64,000 nucleotides of DNA, taken from positions 2,006 to 66,005 of the IMG/VR virus record IMGVR_UViG_3300032296_002452. The stretch is one strand, 5' to 3'. This document shows, in pieces, positions 11,801 through 21,100 of this stretch (its first letter is position 1; each line of letters begins with the position of its first letter). The translations under genes were made by a program, and so were the position numbers. The notes below the pieces were generated by a model. It was not told where the DNA came from, did not search any database, and worked only from the letters and a program-made list of their open reading frames with translations. Source of the DNA: a virus (taxonomy: Duplodnaviria > Caudoviricetes).

Positions 11801-13731
11801 CTTGTACTTCCTATTGTATAATTTTGAAAACTAAAGAAATTTGCGGTACACGAATTAGTATTCTCTTCAAATATTTCTTGAGCGGCATCACCAAATTCAC
11901 CCTCACCTAATGGCTCCGCTTTGCAAGAACAAGAGTTACACTCAGGATAGTCTAACATTGGAAGTGGGACGGTCACAAAAGGATTTTTTATTTTAGCAAT
12001 AGAATTAAATGCGGTGCTTGCCTTAGGACATGTCAAATTACCACCGAGAAAATTAATAACTTGGCAAATCGCACCTAAAAAACCAAAAATATAACCAAAC
12101 ACAATTGCCACCAAATATTTAACAATTGGAAAAATCAGTGATAAAATGTGTGTTACGAAAATTAAAGTTAATAACGGAAAGAACAAAATAGACAAAAGAA
12201 ACGTAATCAATAAATAAACAACATCAGTGTTCATAACACCATCTGTAATTGGGAATTTGTTGTTTTCGGATTCACAGTCTCTATCGGTAATCGCCTTTAT
12301 ACCTATAAACCTGTTTCTCAATGTTCCTCTAGAAAATTGGTCAATGTGTTGAGCGACTGTGTAGACCTTGTTATATTCCATTTTATAGAATGTGTCCACA
12401 CAATTTATTGCATCTTCTATTCTTTGGTCTATTGTTACTGTAGAAGCCGTTGTGTATCCTGTCCAATCCAAACCAAAATAATAACTGGCTTTGGCGCTTA
12501 TGTGATTTATACTACTTGTTGGTTCGTCTATTAAAGGGTCGATTTTGCTATTACCCCATCCGTGTTCTCTTAAGTTTGGGACTAAAAAATACCCCCTTCT
12601 CACTTCTCCCGTCAATTCATTTGATTGATTCCACTTAATTTTAAACCTATATTTAGCCGAAGAAGGAATTCCGATTCTTGGGTCTGAGCTTATTATTTGT
12701 TCACCAAATTCATTGGTAATTATATTGTCTAAATTCATTGGAACTTCTGTCATCCAAGTTCCATTTTCGTCGATTACATTACCGTCATTGGTTAATTTAT
12801 ACTGCTCAAGGAATGGTCTATTATACTCATCTAAAATAGGTGTCTGTCTTATAGCAATTATTTGACCCGGACCTGTGGTTAAACTACATAATTCACCCAT
12901 AGATAAACTAGGTCTACAACTAATTTTTTGTGGTGAGTCGTCATCATTTGATAATATAGAACCCATAAAAATTGCTGTGGGTGTAATTTCTATACCAGAT
13001 TTTCTTAAATCAAAGTCAACTCTTTCGATTTTTACTTGACACAATTCTTCGTTTCCCCAAAAAGGACTAACTTCTATGTTTTCACTTAGAGTCACAATTT
13101 GTGGTAATTCATCTAAATTTGTTGATGCCGCAAAACGGGTTCCTTTAATTTGGTCTGCCGTTGCCCTACCCATGTTAATTAAGTCTTGCGGACCTAATGA
13201 AAATGGTCCCATGTCGGACAGGTCTAAATCCATTACCACCGTTTGGTTTCCAAGTGGTGCCCCAAAAATCATATAATCACCCGAACTATTTGTTTTTACG
13301 GTATACTTATAATATTTTTCATAAATTTGTAATACGGTTTGGTTTGTCAAAACATCATTTACGGTAGGAAATGTACCTGTTGGTGTGTGACCACCGTGAC
13401 TTGGCTCATATGGTAATAAATTATATCTATACCCTTCTTCGTTTACATCACCAATTTGTACATAAGGATATAATGTAGATATTATAGGGTCTAAAGCATC
13501 CGTCGCGGACAAAGGTACAAATATTGAAACTTTCGCGTTTGGTACACCATAACCTCCGTTTGCAACAACACGACCAGCAACAACACCGTAATCAGAACAC
13601 ATTCTATCATAAATGTCAGATTGTAATAATTTAAGTGATAAAACCTCGATAGATTCCCAATCTTGGTCTATCTGCACTTGTATTTCTTTATCAACACCTA
13701 CCTGTGTCCTTAATCTATAGTTTTTGTTCAT
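8872..13731 (-). CDS. Large baseplate-associated protein (1619 aa) with N-terminal carboxypeptidase-regulatory-like fold and a central hydrophobic segment
   Basis: VVAGRVVANGGYGVPNAKVSIF...TVKTNSSGDYMIFG near the N-terminus; about 60 aa hydrophobic stretch followed by CNSCSC. Confidence 0.5.
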   Translation of the reverse strand: MNKNYRLRTQVGVDKEIQVQIDQDWESIEVLSLKLLQSDIYDRMCSDYGVVAGRVVANGGYGVPNAKVSIFVPLSATDALDPIISTLYPYVQIGDVNEEGYRYNLLPYEPSHGGHTPTGTFPTVNDVLTNQTVLQIYEKYYKYTVKTNSSGDYMIFGAPLGNQTVVMDLDLSDMGPFSLGPQDLINMGRATADQIKGTRFAASTNLDELPQIVTLSENIEVSPFWGNEELCQVKIERVDFDLRKSGIEITPTAIFMGSILSNDDDSPQKISCRPSLSMGELCSLTTGPGQIIAIRQTPILDEYNRPFLEQYKLTNDGNVIDENGTWMTEVPMNLDNIITNEFGEQIISSDPRIGIPSSAKYRFKIKWNQSNELTGEVRRGYFLVPNLREHGWGNSKIDPLIDEPTSSINHISAKASYYFGLDWTGYTTASTVTIDQRIEDAINCVDTFYKMEYNKVYTVAQHIDQFSRGTLRNRFIGIKAITDRDCESENNKFPITDGVMNTDVVYLLITFLLSILFFPLLTLIFVTHILSLIFPIVKYLVAIVFGYIFGFLGAICQVINFLGGNLTCPKASTAFNSIAKIKNPFVTVPLPMLDYPECNSCSCKAEPLGEGEFGDAAQEIFEENTNSCTANFFSFQNYTIGSTRVPGPGGVISAEDNQKAMAGIGSPNTTERIVRLRTPIYTNGQFGLLSAQVGTVSNPVLPIWERANLFNLKSKYFDTDSGIRTAGTNRVKVIFEPNQNSGNTNNYHYDSVIIYLVNNDCINEFKKGQLLTFTAPIKSGDFNPTAVQSGTTTLGVTGTQQSTTVMTVNWADETNPLSGKQTTYTVSADTKETKYKFPSDLEYFQVITAMTVADITAITNPSTATTIGNNFVQRVLLNPTENAYRDYYQGFSGLGVVIMVRGVDPHSGRKKVRYNISRLLGWTTYLPQYDIDGDYYFNIPIQTGTTAVEHDLITQSSGSTLLNQKLFYPSYEFIPGSGFSSYTTSAHTYYSSLDCSSVSRYFIDPLNGPATTLLSRFVRTCTSALPFLSTTSSPSTNRLVTNNQTGAGYFSNEYIEGGSFITSEVVTTASGTWLNDYKYFAPTYTGITVTVNKTNIVMRSDRLPTGSILNTSGNNVFALQASNSMSLTLFDDQGLSQTREVFESSGTLGDNDRDDFATGETYNKVIESFSCQGMVDLSCYSGSGTKFTSKGPDDECNKNGIPRKYKKVNNGCYSFVNQPIITIPSDILQLSEWVNRYRFMMALCRGVVGHSFVNSWINGTLYAFPFALQTVYDRNNKPKSEYCKETLYLDNDTYNFYYRSSPFNDNTNAFIGKEAQGYNFNDLHIQTPVTLLDMGPKYFWSREVSFSSNYYGYIMDQIPVTSYQDVGDLGTLLAVSRLTNSNFLSYMVGNFSDAIVRRLFNRPNNRVDGDFAQALQINSQYGVFGFTNENYQETTSISTSPIFVGSDNSLLSQSLIGVFFSADTQLRDYISPRRIIRNQTNSTLIFADELPENSQRVPLYQWNIENNSNYIFGTQNNHWETKEFWQTEKYQNLKRELKGSPGSVGSNFYIGDSIIPYFRPGYIFSATKTSTPNSFDYAPIKGANHSNKTIVSAPWYFYFGLKKGKTAMDKFYSTYIDRI

Positions 13732-13740
13732 GGGTTACCT

Positions 13741-13748
13741 GATAAATA
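13741..13748 (-). promoter_or_regulatory. TATTTATC promoter-like motif
   Basis: 9 nt upstream of the ATG at 13731. Confidence 0.5.
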
Positions 13749-13799
13749 GTTGATGGTCTATTTTAGAAAAAATAGTCACATACTAAAAAAAATAAATCA

Positions 13800-15641
13800 T
13801 CAGGAGATTGTTGTTGATGTGTAGTTTTTAACTCTAACCAAAATATCTTTTTCAGGGAATCTAACTTGATATATTTGATTAGGTTGTGCAAATATTACAC
13901 CGTCTATTAGTCCTATTTGTTTTGTCTCTGAGTTAGAGAAAGGTTGTGATGTTTGTGATGAACTATATTGTCCACCGACTAAGTTAAAGAATTTAATACT
14001 ACCGACATTAATTACACCATTTTCATTTTGGATTGTTCTCATAATATTTGCCAAATATACGTTATCCCCTAAACCTCTACTTAATGGGTTGAAATGTTCG
14101 GTGTATACTTTGTCAACTATGTTTGTAATAACACTACCTTGGTTTTGAGTGGCGTCCAATATTACCTCAATCTCTAAAGATAAATCAATTACATTTGCAA
14201 CTTGCACTGAAACGTAGTCGTTCATCATTCTATAGTTAGAAAGATATTCCGCAAGATTTTGTTTTAGTGTGTTTGAAACTACCTCAGTTAATGAACCATT
14301 GGTGTCAAAGGATACTATTTGAATATTAATTTTGTTGTCGTTTTCAACAATAGCGACTTTTGCAGGTGCACCAAATTCAGATGGCATCTTTTGGATTATC
14401 GCCTGATAATCCGCAACTGTAACCGCTCTGTTTTGAGACGCAAAATTAAATGTAACAAAATTTCTAACTTCATCTGTTGTTGGATATCCCGCACCACCTA
14501 TAGCAGCAGTTACGTTGTTACATCTCAATGAATTTATTACTTGTGTATTAATACTCTCACTCGGTCCATTAACAAAAAAGTTTACAGTACCAATCGTGTT
14601 GATTGTATTAATACCTAAATTAGTTCCTAAACCACCACCAACTCTATATTGAATAAACATGGTTGTATTTGGTTGTGGTGTGGTTCCTAAGGCAAAATTG
14701 TTTTGATACTTAGCCAAATTCATGGGAACTCCGAGTGAGGTAAATTGTCTCAATTGGTCTTCCGCTGTGTTTGTTCCTCCACCAAAAGTCAATTTCATAA
14801 ATCCTTCAGGTGTGTATTCGCTAATAAATCTTTGTTCTGTTTGAATATATTTCCCGACTTTAATTCCTGGTTGGTCAGAAGCCTTTGTAACATCGGCAAT
14901 AAAAACTCTATTATCAGCCAAAGCATCCACTTCATACCATTTACCAACAGGGCTTAAAAATTCTGATGCGGATGGTACGTTTGAGTAGTTTGTCCCTTGT
15001 CTTTGTATGATTGATGTGACACCTAAAACGTTTCTTTCGGGTAAGAAAAGTTCAAAGAAAGGTCTAACATCATTTGGTGTTATAACTCTTTTGAATACTT
15101 TTGTAATACCATTTACCACTATTTCTCTTTTTACAATAGTGTAATTAATTAGATTGTTATTGGCGTCAAAATTTGGTATTTTTAATCTATTAGGAAAACC
15201 TTCGGCGTTAAATGGTGAGGCAAAATCAATGTCTGTAATATTTTCAAAAACCTGACCAGCACCATAAACTTGACTCCCCCTTCTTAAAACTCCCAAATAT
15301 CTTTCATCTTCTTTATCCCCAAATGCAGGAACTGTTATTGAAAAATCGGTTAGTGATACCGATGGTCTTTGACCAGGTATTTTTAATCCGTATGTTCTTG
15401 CTATGTTATAAACAGATGAACGTTGTTGTGCGTATTGAAGAACGGTTTCTTGGATACTCCTATCTATGTGAAAGTGAAGGTTGTCTGCCACCGCAGCGTT
15501 CAAATCCATCAATACCGAAAACACCGAAGCGTCATTGAAGTTATCGATTAGTTCAGGATAATATTGTTTAACATAATTTATGAGTTCCTGTCTAATTCCT
15601 TGGAAGTCTCTAGTGGTATACGATATTTGTTGGTTTGCCAT
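13800..15641 (-). CDS. Baseplate wedge protein (T4 gp6 / baseplate J-like)
   Basis: YTTRDFQGIRQELINY, YRVGGG, FASQNRAVTVADY motifs; adjacent to the gp25-like gene. Confidence 0.85.
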   Translation of the reverse strand: MANQQISYTTRDFQGIRQELINYVKQYYPELIDNFNDASVFSVLMDLNAAVADNLHFHIDRSIQETVLQYAQQRSSVYNIARTYGLKIPGQRPSVSLTDFSITVPAFGDKEDERYLGVLRRGSQVYGAGQVFENITDIDFASPFNAEGFPNRLKIPNFDANNNLINYTIVKREIVVNGITKVFKRVITPNDVRPFFELFLPERNVLGVTSIIQRQGTNYSNVPSASEFLSPVGKWYEVDALADNRVFIADVTKASDQPGIKVGKYIQTEQRFISEYTPEGFMKLTFGGGTNTAEDQLRQFTSLGVPMNLAKYQNNFALGTTPQPNTTMFIQYRVGGGLGTNLGINTINTIGTVNFFVNGPSESINTQVINSLRCNNVTAAIGGAGYPTTDEVRNFVTFNFASQNRAVTVADYQAIIQKMPSEFGAPAKVAIVENDNKINIQIVSFDTNGSLTEVVSNTLKQNLAEYLSNYRMMNDYVSVQVANVIDLSLEIEVILDATQNQGSVITNIVDKVYTEHFNPLSRGLGDNVYLANIMRTIQNENGVINVGSIKFFNLVGGQYSSSQTSQPFSNSETKQIGLIDGVIFAQPNQIYQVRFPEKDILVRVKNYTSTTIS

Positions 15642-15646
15642 ATAAA

Positions 15647-16108
15647 TTAAATATTGATGATAACGAAATCTTGAGTTCCAAATGCGTCATTTGTTACCGT
15701 AAAATCCACTCTAACCTTTGCTGTATACTCAACCTTTTTTTGATTTGGTATTAATAGATTTTGATTTATTACGTTTCCTGCGGTTGTTACAGTTTGACTT
15801 GATTCTTCCTGTGAGGCATCGGTAACAGAAATGTTTGTTATTTGTAAATTAGGAATATACTTTGTAACTGAATCTCTAATTTCCGCCTCTATTGATGAAA
15901 ATGTTGGTCCGTCTAATGGTTCAAAAATGTATTCCAATAGTCTTGTACCAAAATCAGGTAAAAAATAACGTGTACCTTTTCTTGTTAATAATAAATGAAC
16001 CAAATTTGTTCTAACCTCTTCTTTTGCATAATCGGTTAAATCTAAATATTGACCATTAAAAGAATCTATAAAAGGAAAGGTTATACCATATGTTTTTCCA
16101 TTAGCCAT
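15647..16108 (-). CDS. Baseplate wedge / sheath initiator (T4 gp25 / GPW-like)
   Basis: LLLTRKGTRYFLPDFGTRLLEYIFEP is the gp25 family signature. Confidence 0.9.
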   Translation of the reverse strand: MANGKTYGITFPFIDSFNGQYLDLTDYAKEEVRTNLVHLLLTRKGTRYFLPDFGTRLLEYIFEPLDGPTFSSIEAEIRDSVTKYIPNLQITNISVTDASQEESSQTVTTAGNVINQNLLIPNQKKVEYTAKVRVDFTVTNDAFGTQDFVIINI

Positions 16109-16313
16109 TGTTTATAAATATATTCGTGTTCCCTTTTTTGTGAAGGGGATAATATGGACAGTGTCTGCACCCCGAACCACAACAGTGACCACGCTTTAAA
16201 TGAAATTCTTTTGTAAAAACATATTTACCATTTTCGATATAAAAATCAGAAGGGGAAAGCTTTTGGCTCTCCCCCTCCCCAAATGTGTTTATGTTTTTGT
16301 TATTTGATTTCAC
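16101..16313 (-). CDS. Small Cys/His-rich protein (DUF5522-like)
   Basis: DFYIENGKYVFTKEFHLKRGHCCGSGCRHCPY. The likely start is the GTG at 16313, inside the last codons of nrdJ; the ORF track gives 16343. Confidence 0.7.
   Translation of the reverse strand: MKSNNKNINTFGEGESQKLSPSDFYIENGKYVFTKEFHLKRGHCCGSGCRHCPYYPLHKKGNTNIFINNG
16113..16120 (-). promoter_or_regulatory. TATTTATA promoter-like motif restarting the baseplate operon
   Basis: 4 nt upstream of the gp25-like ATG at 16108. Confidence 0.6.
16241..16277 (-). terminator. Putative intrinsic terminator hairpin after nrdJ, within the DUF5522-like ORF
   Basis: GAGGGGGAGAGC-CAAAA-GCTTTCCCCTTC (12 bp with two G.U pairs) followed by TGATTTTT. 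Confidence 0.5.
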
Positions 16314-18159
16314 ATGCACCACCCGCACATGCCAACTCACCACTTAAATCTGTGTTGTCTTGTAATTCAACAACTTTACTTAAGTCAATTGAGTGTAGTT
16401 TAGCGAATAATCTTTCATATTCTTCTTTAGTACAATCTTCAAAAGGTGCTTGTACATATGTTCCACCATCGTACGGAAGAACAGAAAGACCATTGTAGTA
16501 GTCACGGTTTTCCCACATCCACTCTCCAGCCAATTCCCAATCTTCGGGTTTCAAACTAATTGTTGCAGAAACGTTGTGTGTATTATTGCCAGTTCTGTGA
16601 CCGGGTCTAACCCACTCTTGTGTGATTTTCTTTACACGGTCCAGCAATTGGAATGGTGATTCTGTTCTCAAAATCGCCCCTTCAGGTGCTTTTTGTGGAA
16701 CTGAGATAACCGCCGTATCGTGTGGACGGAAGAATTCATCTTCAACTAACTCAGGATGGTAGATAGACAAGTATTGGTAGATAGCCTCGTTCTTACCCAC
16801 ACGAACTCTACGGATATAGTAGTCGTTGTGCCATGCGTGAATACCTGATGATGTTCCTAAAGTAAGTGAAGTAGTTCCTGCAGGTTTTACTGTTGTTGTA
16901 CGAGCTGATTTGTTGATACCAATAAGTTCAGCGACTCTCGCATTTTCTTCTTTAACCATTTTAGCCGCTTCTTTCATGTTGTAACCTAAAACCGCACCTG
17001 AACCGATACCTGTCATGGATACACCAATAAGCGCCTCTTTTTCTGTGGTACGTTTCCATACGTCTCTCAAGTAATGAAAATCAGTGTATCCTGCTTGAAG
17101 TGTTCCAATGAAAGCCGCTGCTTTAACACGAGCGTTTAGGTCTTCTTGTGATTCAATATCAGATACATTTACCTCACACAAATTACAAAATTGATTAGGT
17201 CTCAAAGCGATTTCACAACATGGATTTGTTCCCCAATCTTTGTCGTTTGTGAAGTAGATACCAGGTTCACCAGCTCCTGACGCTTCAACACGTTTCCACA
17301 AATCCATAAAGAATTCTTTTGTAATTTTGTGTCTAACCAAAGCAGCCGAATTATTAGCTCTACCTCTTTGTGGATTTTTTTCCCACCAAGCACCTGACTT
17401 ACATGAAATCATTTCTTGGTCGTTAGCGGAGAATAGTGAAATCAATGCAGCTCTACGAATACCACCCGCAAGAACTGCGTCTGCGATGTGACAAACCATA
17501 TCATGAACTTCAATAGGTGTAAGTTTATCACCATCTTCTTTGGCGTCTAACATACCTTTTAGTTTGTGTATACAGTCTTTTAGTGGTTGAGGACCGGGTG
17601 CTTTACCTCCTGATGTCACAAGTTGTGCCCCTTTAGGTCTAATGTCTGAAAAATCAAACTCGGGTGTTGATAAATTCTCACCAAAGTAAGACTTCATTAA
17701 TACTTTAATTGCGTCTGCCCATCCTTCAATTGAATCTCCGATGAGAAATCTTCTTGTTCTGTTAGCGTTTGGTTTTCTGATTTCAGGTAGTTTGTCCACG
17801 TGGTGTTTCTGTACTGAATATCCAACCCCTGTTCCACCCAATAACAAGAACATAGTTTCTGAAAAAGCATCCAAGTGGTCAATAGGTAGGTAAGCACAAT
17901 TGTAAATTCTGTTTGGAGAAATTTCAATTGGTTTACCACCAAATTGCATTGACCTCATTGAAGGTAATACTTTTTTATCATACACCATCTTATAAACCTC
18001 TTTGATTTCTTCTTCCATCTTTGGGTATTTTTTGATGTGCATGTTCATGTTTCTTGTTACGAGTTCTTCCCAAGATTCTCGTCTGTTTAATTCAGGAATA
18101 AACTTCGCATACTTCATGTATACGGTTAGGTCTGACAATATTTTTTGTGATGCGTCCAT
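16300..18159 (-). CDS. nrdJ: Class II (adenosylcobalamin-dependent) ribonucleotide reductase, monomeric type
   Basis: NCAY, GGIRRAALI, TNPCCEI..CNL, VKPAGTTS, C-terminal CAGGAC; no beta subunit gene alongside. Confidence 0.9.
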   Translation of the reverse strand: MDASQKILSDLTVYMKYAKFIPELNRRESWEELVTRNMNMHIKKYPKMEEEIKEVYKMVYDKKVLPSMRSMQFGGKPIEISPNRIYNCAYLPIDHLDAFSETMFLLLGGTGVGYSVQKHHVDKLPEIRKPNANRTRRFLIGDSIEGWADAIKVLMKSYFGENLSTPEFDFSDIRPKGAQLVTSGGKAPGPQPLKDCIHKLKGMLDAKEDGDKLTPIEVHDMVCHIADAVLAGGIRRAALISLFSANDQEMISCKSGAWWEKNPQRGRANNSAALVRHKITKEFFMDLWKRVEASGAGEPGIYFTNDKDWGTNPCCEIALRPNQFCNLCEVNVSDIESQEDLNARVKAAAFIGTLQAGYTDFHYLRDVWKRTTEKEALIGVSMTGIGSGAVLGYNMKEAAKMVKEENARVAELIGINKSARTTTVKPAGTTSLTLGTSSGIHAWHNDYYIRRVRVGKNEAIYQYLSIYHPELVEDEFFRPHDTAVISVPQKAPEGAILRTESPFQLLDRVKKITQEWVRPGHRTGNNTHNVSATISLKPEDWELAGEWMWENRDYYNGLSVLPYDGGTYVQAPFEDCTKEEYERLFAKLHSIDLSKVVELQDNTDLSGELACAGGACEIK

Positions 18160-18190
18160 TTTTTTTTACAAATTTAATAAAATACGTTTA

Positions 18191-19591
18191 TTAGTTCAAA
18201 TTATTTTGCGGATTTTGTTCCGATTCCCTTTGTTTTCTTCTTTCCATAAGTTCTTTAATTCTATCACTCTTTTGTTGTTCCTTAACTTCTTGGAATCCTA
18301 AGAATGTAACAGAACTATCTGTGTCGATTTCAATCAACTCGTTATTGAACTTACAGTTTTCGAAGATGATTCCATCGGGACCCAAACGGGATTTTGTGAT
18401 TGCGATTGTTGCGAGTTTCATTTCTTTCTGTTGAAGGGTTTTAGCCACTGATATAATAACGTGTCCTACTTGAGCCTTCTTGATTGAACCACCCATTTGG
18501 TCGGTAGTTACAACTTCAGAAGAGATGGAACTTCTATTTCCTTGTGTTGCGGTCCATCCTACAATATTTAACTCGTGACACATAGCCTCAAACCCTCTCA
18601 TCACAGAACCTTCACTTTTCCACTCATCCCCGAGGTTCTTATCAGGAACAATACAATCAATGTAATCAATAACAACTAAGTCAATCTTGATTCCATCGGC
18701 AATCATTTTTCTTACTTTATTTTTGATTTGGTTCATAGTCAAAGTGTCTGACGCTTCTTTCTGTAAAATCAATCTGTTTGGCATCTGACCTTCAATTTCT
18801 TTTACTTTTTCCATAACATCTTCTTTGTGTGCCGCCAAATCATCAGGTGCAATACCTGTCCAAATCGTAAAGTGTTTTCTTTGTATAACCTTTGGGTTGT
18901 CTTCAAAAAATATCTGAAGTACATTGTAACCCACGTTAAACGCAGTGTTGGCGATTTTAGTTAGAATGGTAGTTTTACCCACACCTGTTGGTGCCAATAT
19001 TACCCCAATTTCACCTTTAGCCAACCCACCTTTTAATAACTTATCAATACCTGAAATACCCATAGGTACAGGGTGTCTGAAATCATCGTTTAAGACATCG
19101 TCTAAATTGTGAAACACGTCATTACTGTGGTTGTCTCTTTCACCAACTTGTAATGCAGTTCTTACCAACTCTTCTAACTTGTCATAATTTTCAAACTCAC
19201 CAGCGTCAATAATTTTTTGAGCTTTTGTCATTACTTTCTGTAGCTCTTGTTGTTTACAGAATTTTAATGCCTTGTCCTGTACAAAATTAGAACCTTCAAA
19301 AGGTGCGTTTCTAATTTGTTTTATTGTGTCCATCAGAATTCTCAACATCATTTCTTGTGGAAACTCACTTTTGGAAATTTGTTCCAAAGTTTCAAATGAT
19401 GGTGAGCACTGATATTTTTGGTAATATTCCTTAACCATCTGAAGGATGGTTTTGAAATACTTGTTTTCAAAGTGGGTTGGTTCTATAACATCAATTATTG
19501 AGTGTGTAAAATCTTTATCTACTATGATTTGGTTTAATAATTGTAACTGAAATGATTGACCTAAATACTCAAAATTCTTGTGTGATGACAT
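18191..19591 (-). CDS. dnaB: Replicative DNA helicase (DnaB / T4 gp41-like)
   Basis: Walker A APTGVGKT, Walker B VVIDYID, WTATQGNR, KSRLG arginine finger. Confidence 0.9.
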   Translation of the reverse strand: MSSHKNFEYLGQSFQLQLLNQIIVDKDFTHSIIDVIEPTHFENKYFKTILQMVKEYYQKYQCSPSFETLEQISKSEFPQEMMLRILMDTIKQIRNAPFEGSNFVQDKALKFCKQQELQKVMTKAQKIIDAGEFENYDKLEELVRTALQVGERDNHSNDVFHNLDDVLNDDFRHPVPMGISGIDKLLKGGLAKGEIGVILAPTGVGKTTILTKIANTAFNVGYNVLQIFFEDNPKVIQRKHFTIWTGIAPDDLAAHKEDVMEKVKEIEGQMPNRLILQKEASDTLTMNQIKNKVRKMIADGIKIDLVVIDYIDCIVPDKNLGDEWKSEGSVMRGFEAMCHELNIVGWTATQGNRSSISSEVVTTDQMGGSIKKAQVGHVIISVAKTLQQKEMKLATIAITKSRLGPDGIIFENCKFNNELIEIDTDSSVTFLGFQEVKEQQKSDRIKELMERRKQRESEQNPQNNLN

Positions 19592-19621
19592 AAAATATTC
19601 TCCCCTTGGATTTGATAAATA

Positions 19622-20074
19622 TTACCCAACTAAACTAATTCCGCAATACTCGTAATTTAAATTTTCGTCTGAAAAAATGTCAGTCAAACCCTTCAATAGA
19701 CTTTTTACTTGCGGGCGTATGTCTACGGTGTATCTTATCTTAGGTGGGTATATTTTAGCGTCCATCTGTCTATGACAAATTGTCACATCTCCCAACTTCA
19801 AATAAATGTTAAATACCTCAGGACCGTCTGTCATAGACGTAGATAAAACCGCAGGGTCTTCAATAATTGCGTCTTTGTTGTCCATCATGTAGACCACTGT
19901 TTTCATCTTCAAATCGTAAGCAAAATCTTCCGCAAACTCTTTTAGGTACTCATACAAATCAACCGAGCTTTTAGCGTCTTGATTGTAGTTTTTTACATTA
20001 AAGAATCTTTGAATTACAATGTTTTCATTCAGTGTAATCAAAAACTCCATCTTAATCGAATCTTGTTCTTTCAT
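19622..20074 (-). CDS. Hypothetical protein (150 aa) in the replication block
   Basis: ORF tightly packed between the exonuclease and helicase genes. Confidence 0.6.
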   Translation of the reverse strand: MKEQDSIKMEFLITLNENIVIQRFFNVKNYNQDAKSSVDLYEYLKEFAEDFAYDLKMKTVVYMMDNKDAIIEDPAVLSTSMTDGPEVFNIYLKLGDVTICHRQMDAKIYPPKIRYTVDIRPQVKSLLKGLTDIFSDENLNYEYCGISLVG

Positions 20075-20076
20075 AG

Positions 20077-21090
20077 TTATTTATTTTTATTCTGTGTGTG
20101 TTTTCTTTTTTCTTTTCTTGTTAATTTCAAAAATGGTGTGATGAATCCTACCCAAGCATCGTCTCGTTTTGGTAGGTATTTGAAGATACCGTCATCAGTC
20201 ATCATTCTGATTAGGTTCTTATACCCCCTTCCATCGGGGTCTAAAGATTCGGTACAGTATGACTGAACCATTTCTTTAGCTTCGTCTGTTAGTAGTGGGT
20301 TTTTTAGATTGACAATTTGTTCGTTGACCTGAAAATATTCTTCACCGAATATACCTTCTTTTGTTCTTCCTGTTAGTAGGTTTTGAAGTGTCTTATTGTC
20401 TTTATCCTCCTTGATTAAAAGTTCTGCTCTGTGTAAAATATTAGTAATATTTACCGTTTCGTCAAGCAACTCAGGAAAGTATTTAATTAACTTCTTTTCA
20501 CCTAATCCATAAATTCCCGCAATGTTGTCTGACTTATCACCTGTCAATATTTTGTACGTTAAAATATTAGATACAGGAATTTCATATTCATAAATTTTTA
20601 CCTTATCACCACTTTTATAATAAGTTTTAGAAATGGGGGCGAATACGGTAGTGTTCTCATCTACAAGTTGTAGGTAATCCCTATCTGAGGAAAAAATTGT
20701 TTTCTTTTCATTTGGTGCAATTAAACAATAATATGCGACCAAATCATCCGCTTCACATTCTTCAAATTCAACTTGTCGTACGAACATTTCTTCAAGGTAT
20801 TTTTTTACCTTGTTCTTTTGCCAATCATACGAATCTTTCTGAAATTCGTTTAAAGGTTCTCTTCTGTTGAGTTTGTAGTTTGGATAAATCTTTCTTCTAA
20901 CTGAAGAATTGTTGTGTCCGTCCCAAAAGACCAACACCTTATCAAAATTGTTTTCTTCTAAGTGTTTACGTAAAGTATTGATGAAATGGAAAAGACCACC
21001 AATGTGATTTCCGTTGTGGTAATATTCTTTTACCCCGTGATATCCGATTTTAAATAGGTTGTCCCCATCTACTAATAGCGTCTTTTCCAC
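20077..21090 (-). CDS. 5'-3' exonuclease / flap endonuclease (Pol I N-terminal / T4 RNase H-like)
   Basis: LLVDGDN, VFWDG, YKLNR, EADD, SSDRDYLQL, GDKSDNIAGIYGLGEK. Confidence 0.92.
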   Translation of the reverse strand: MEKTLLVDGDNLFKIGYHGVKEYYHNGNHIGGLFHFINTLRKHLEENNFDKVLVFWDGHNNSSVRRKIYPNYKLNRREPLNEFQKDSYDWQKNKVKKYLEEMFVRQVEFEECEADDLVAYYCLIAPNEKKTIFSSDRDYLQLVDENTTVFAPISKTYYKSGDKVKIYEYEIPVSNILTYKILTGDKSDNIAGIYGLGEKKLIKYFPELLDETVNITNILHRAELLIKEDKDNKTLQNLLTGRTKEGIFGEEYFQVNEQIVNLKNPLLTDEAKEMVQSYCTESLDPDGRGYKNLIRMMTDDGIFKYLPKRDDAWVGFITPFLKLTRKEKRKHTQNKNK

Positions 21091-21100
21091 TCTTCAATTT

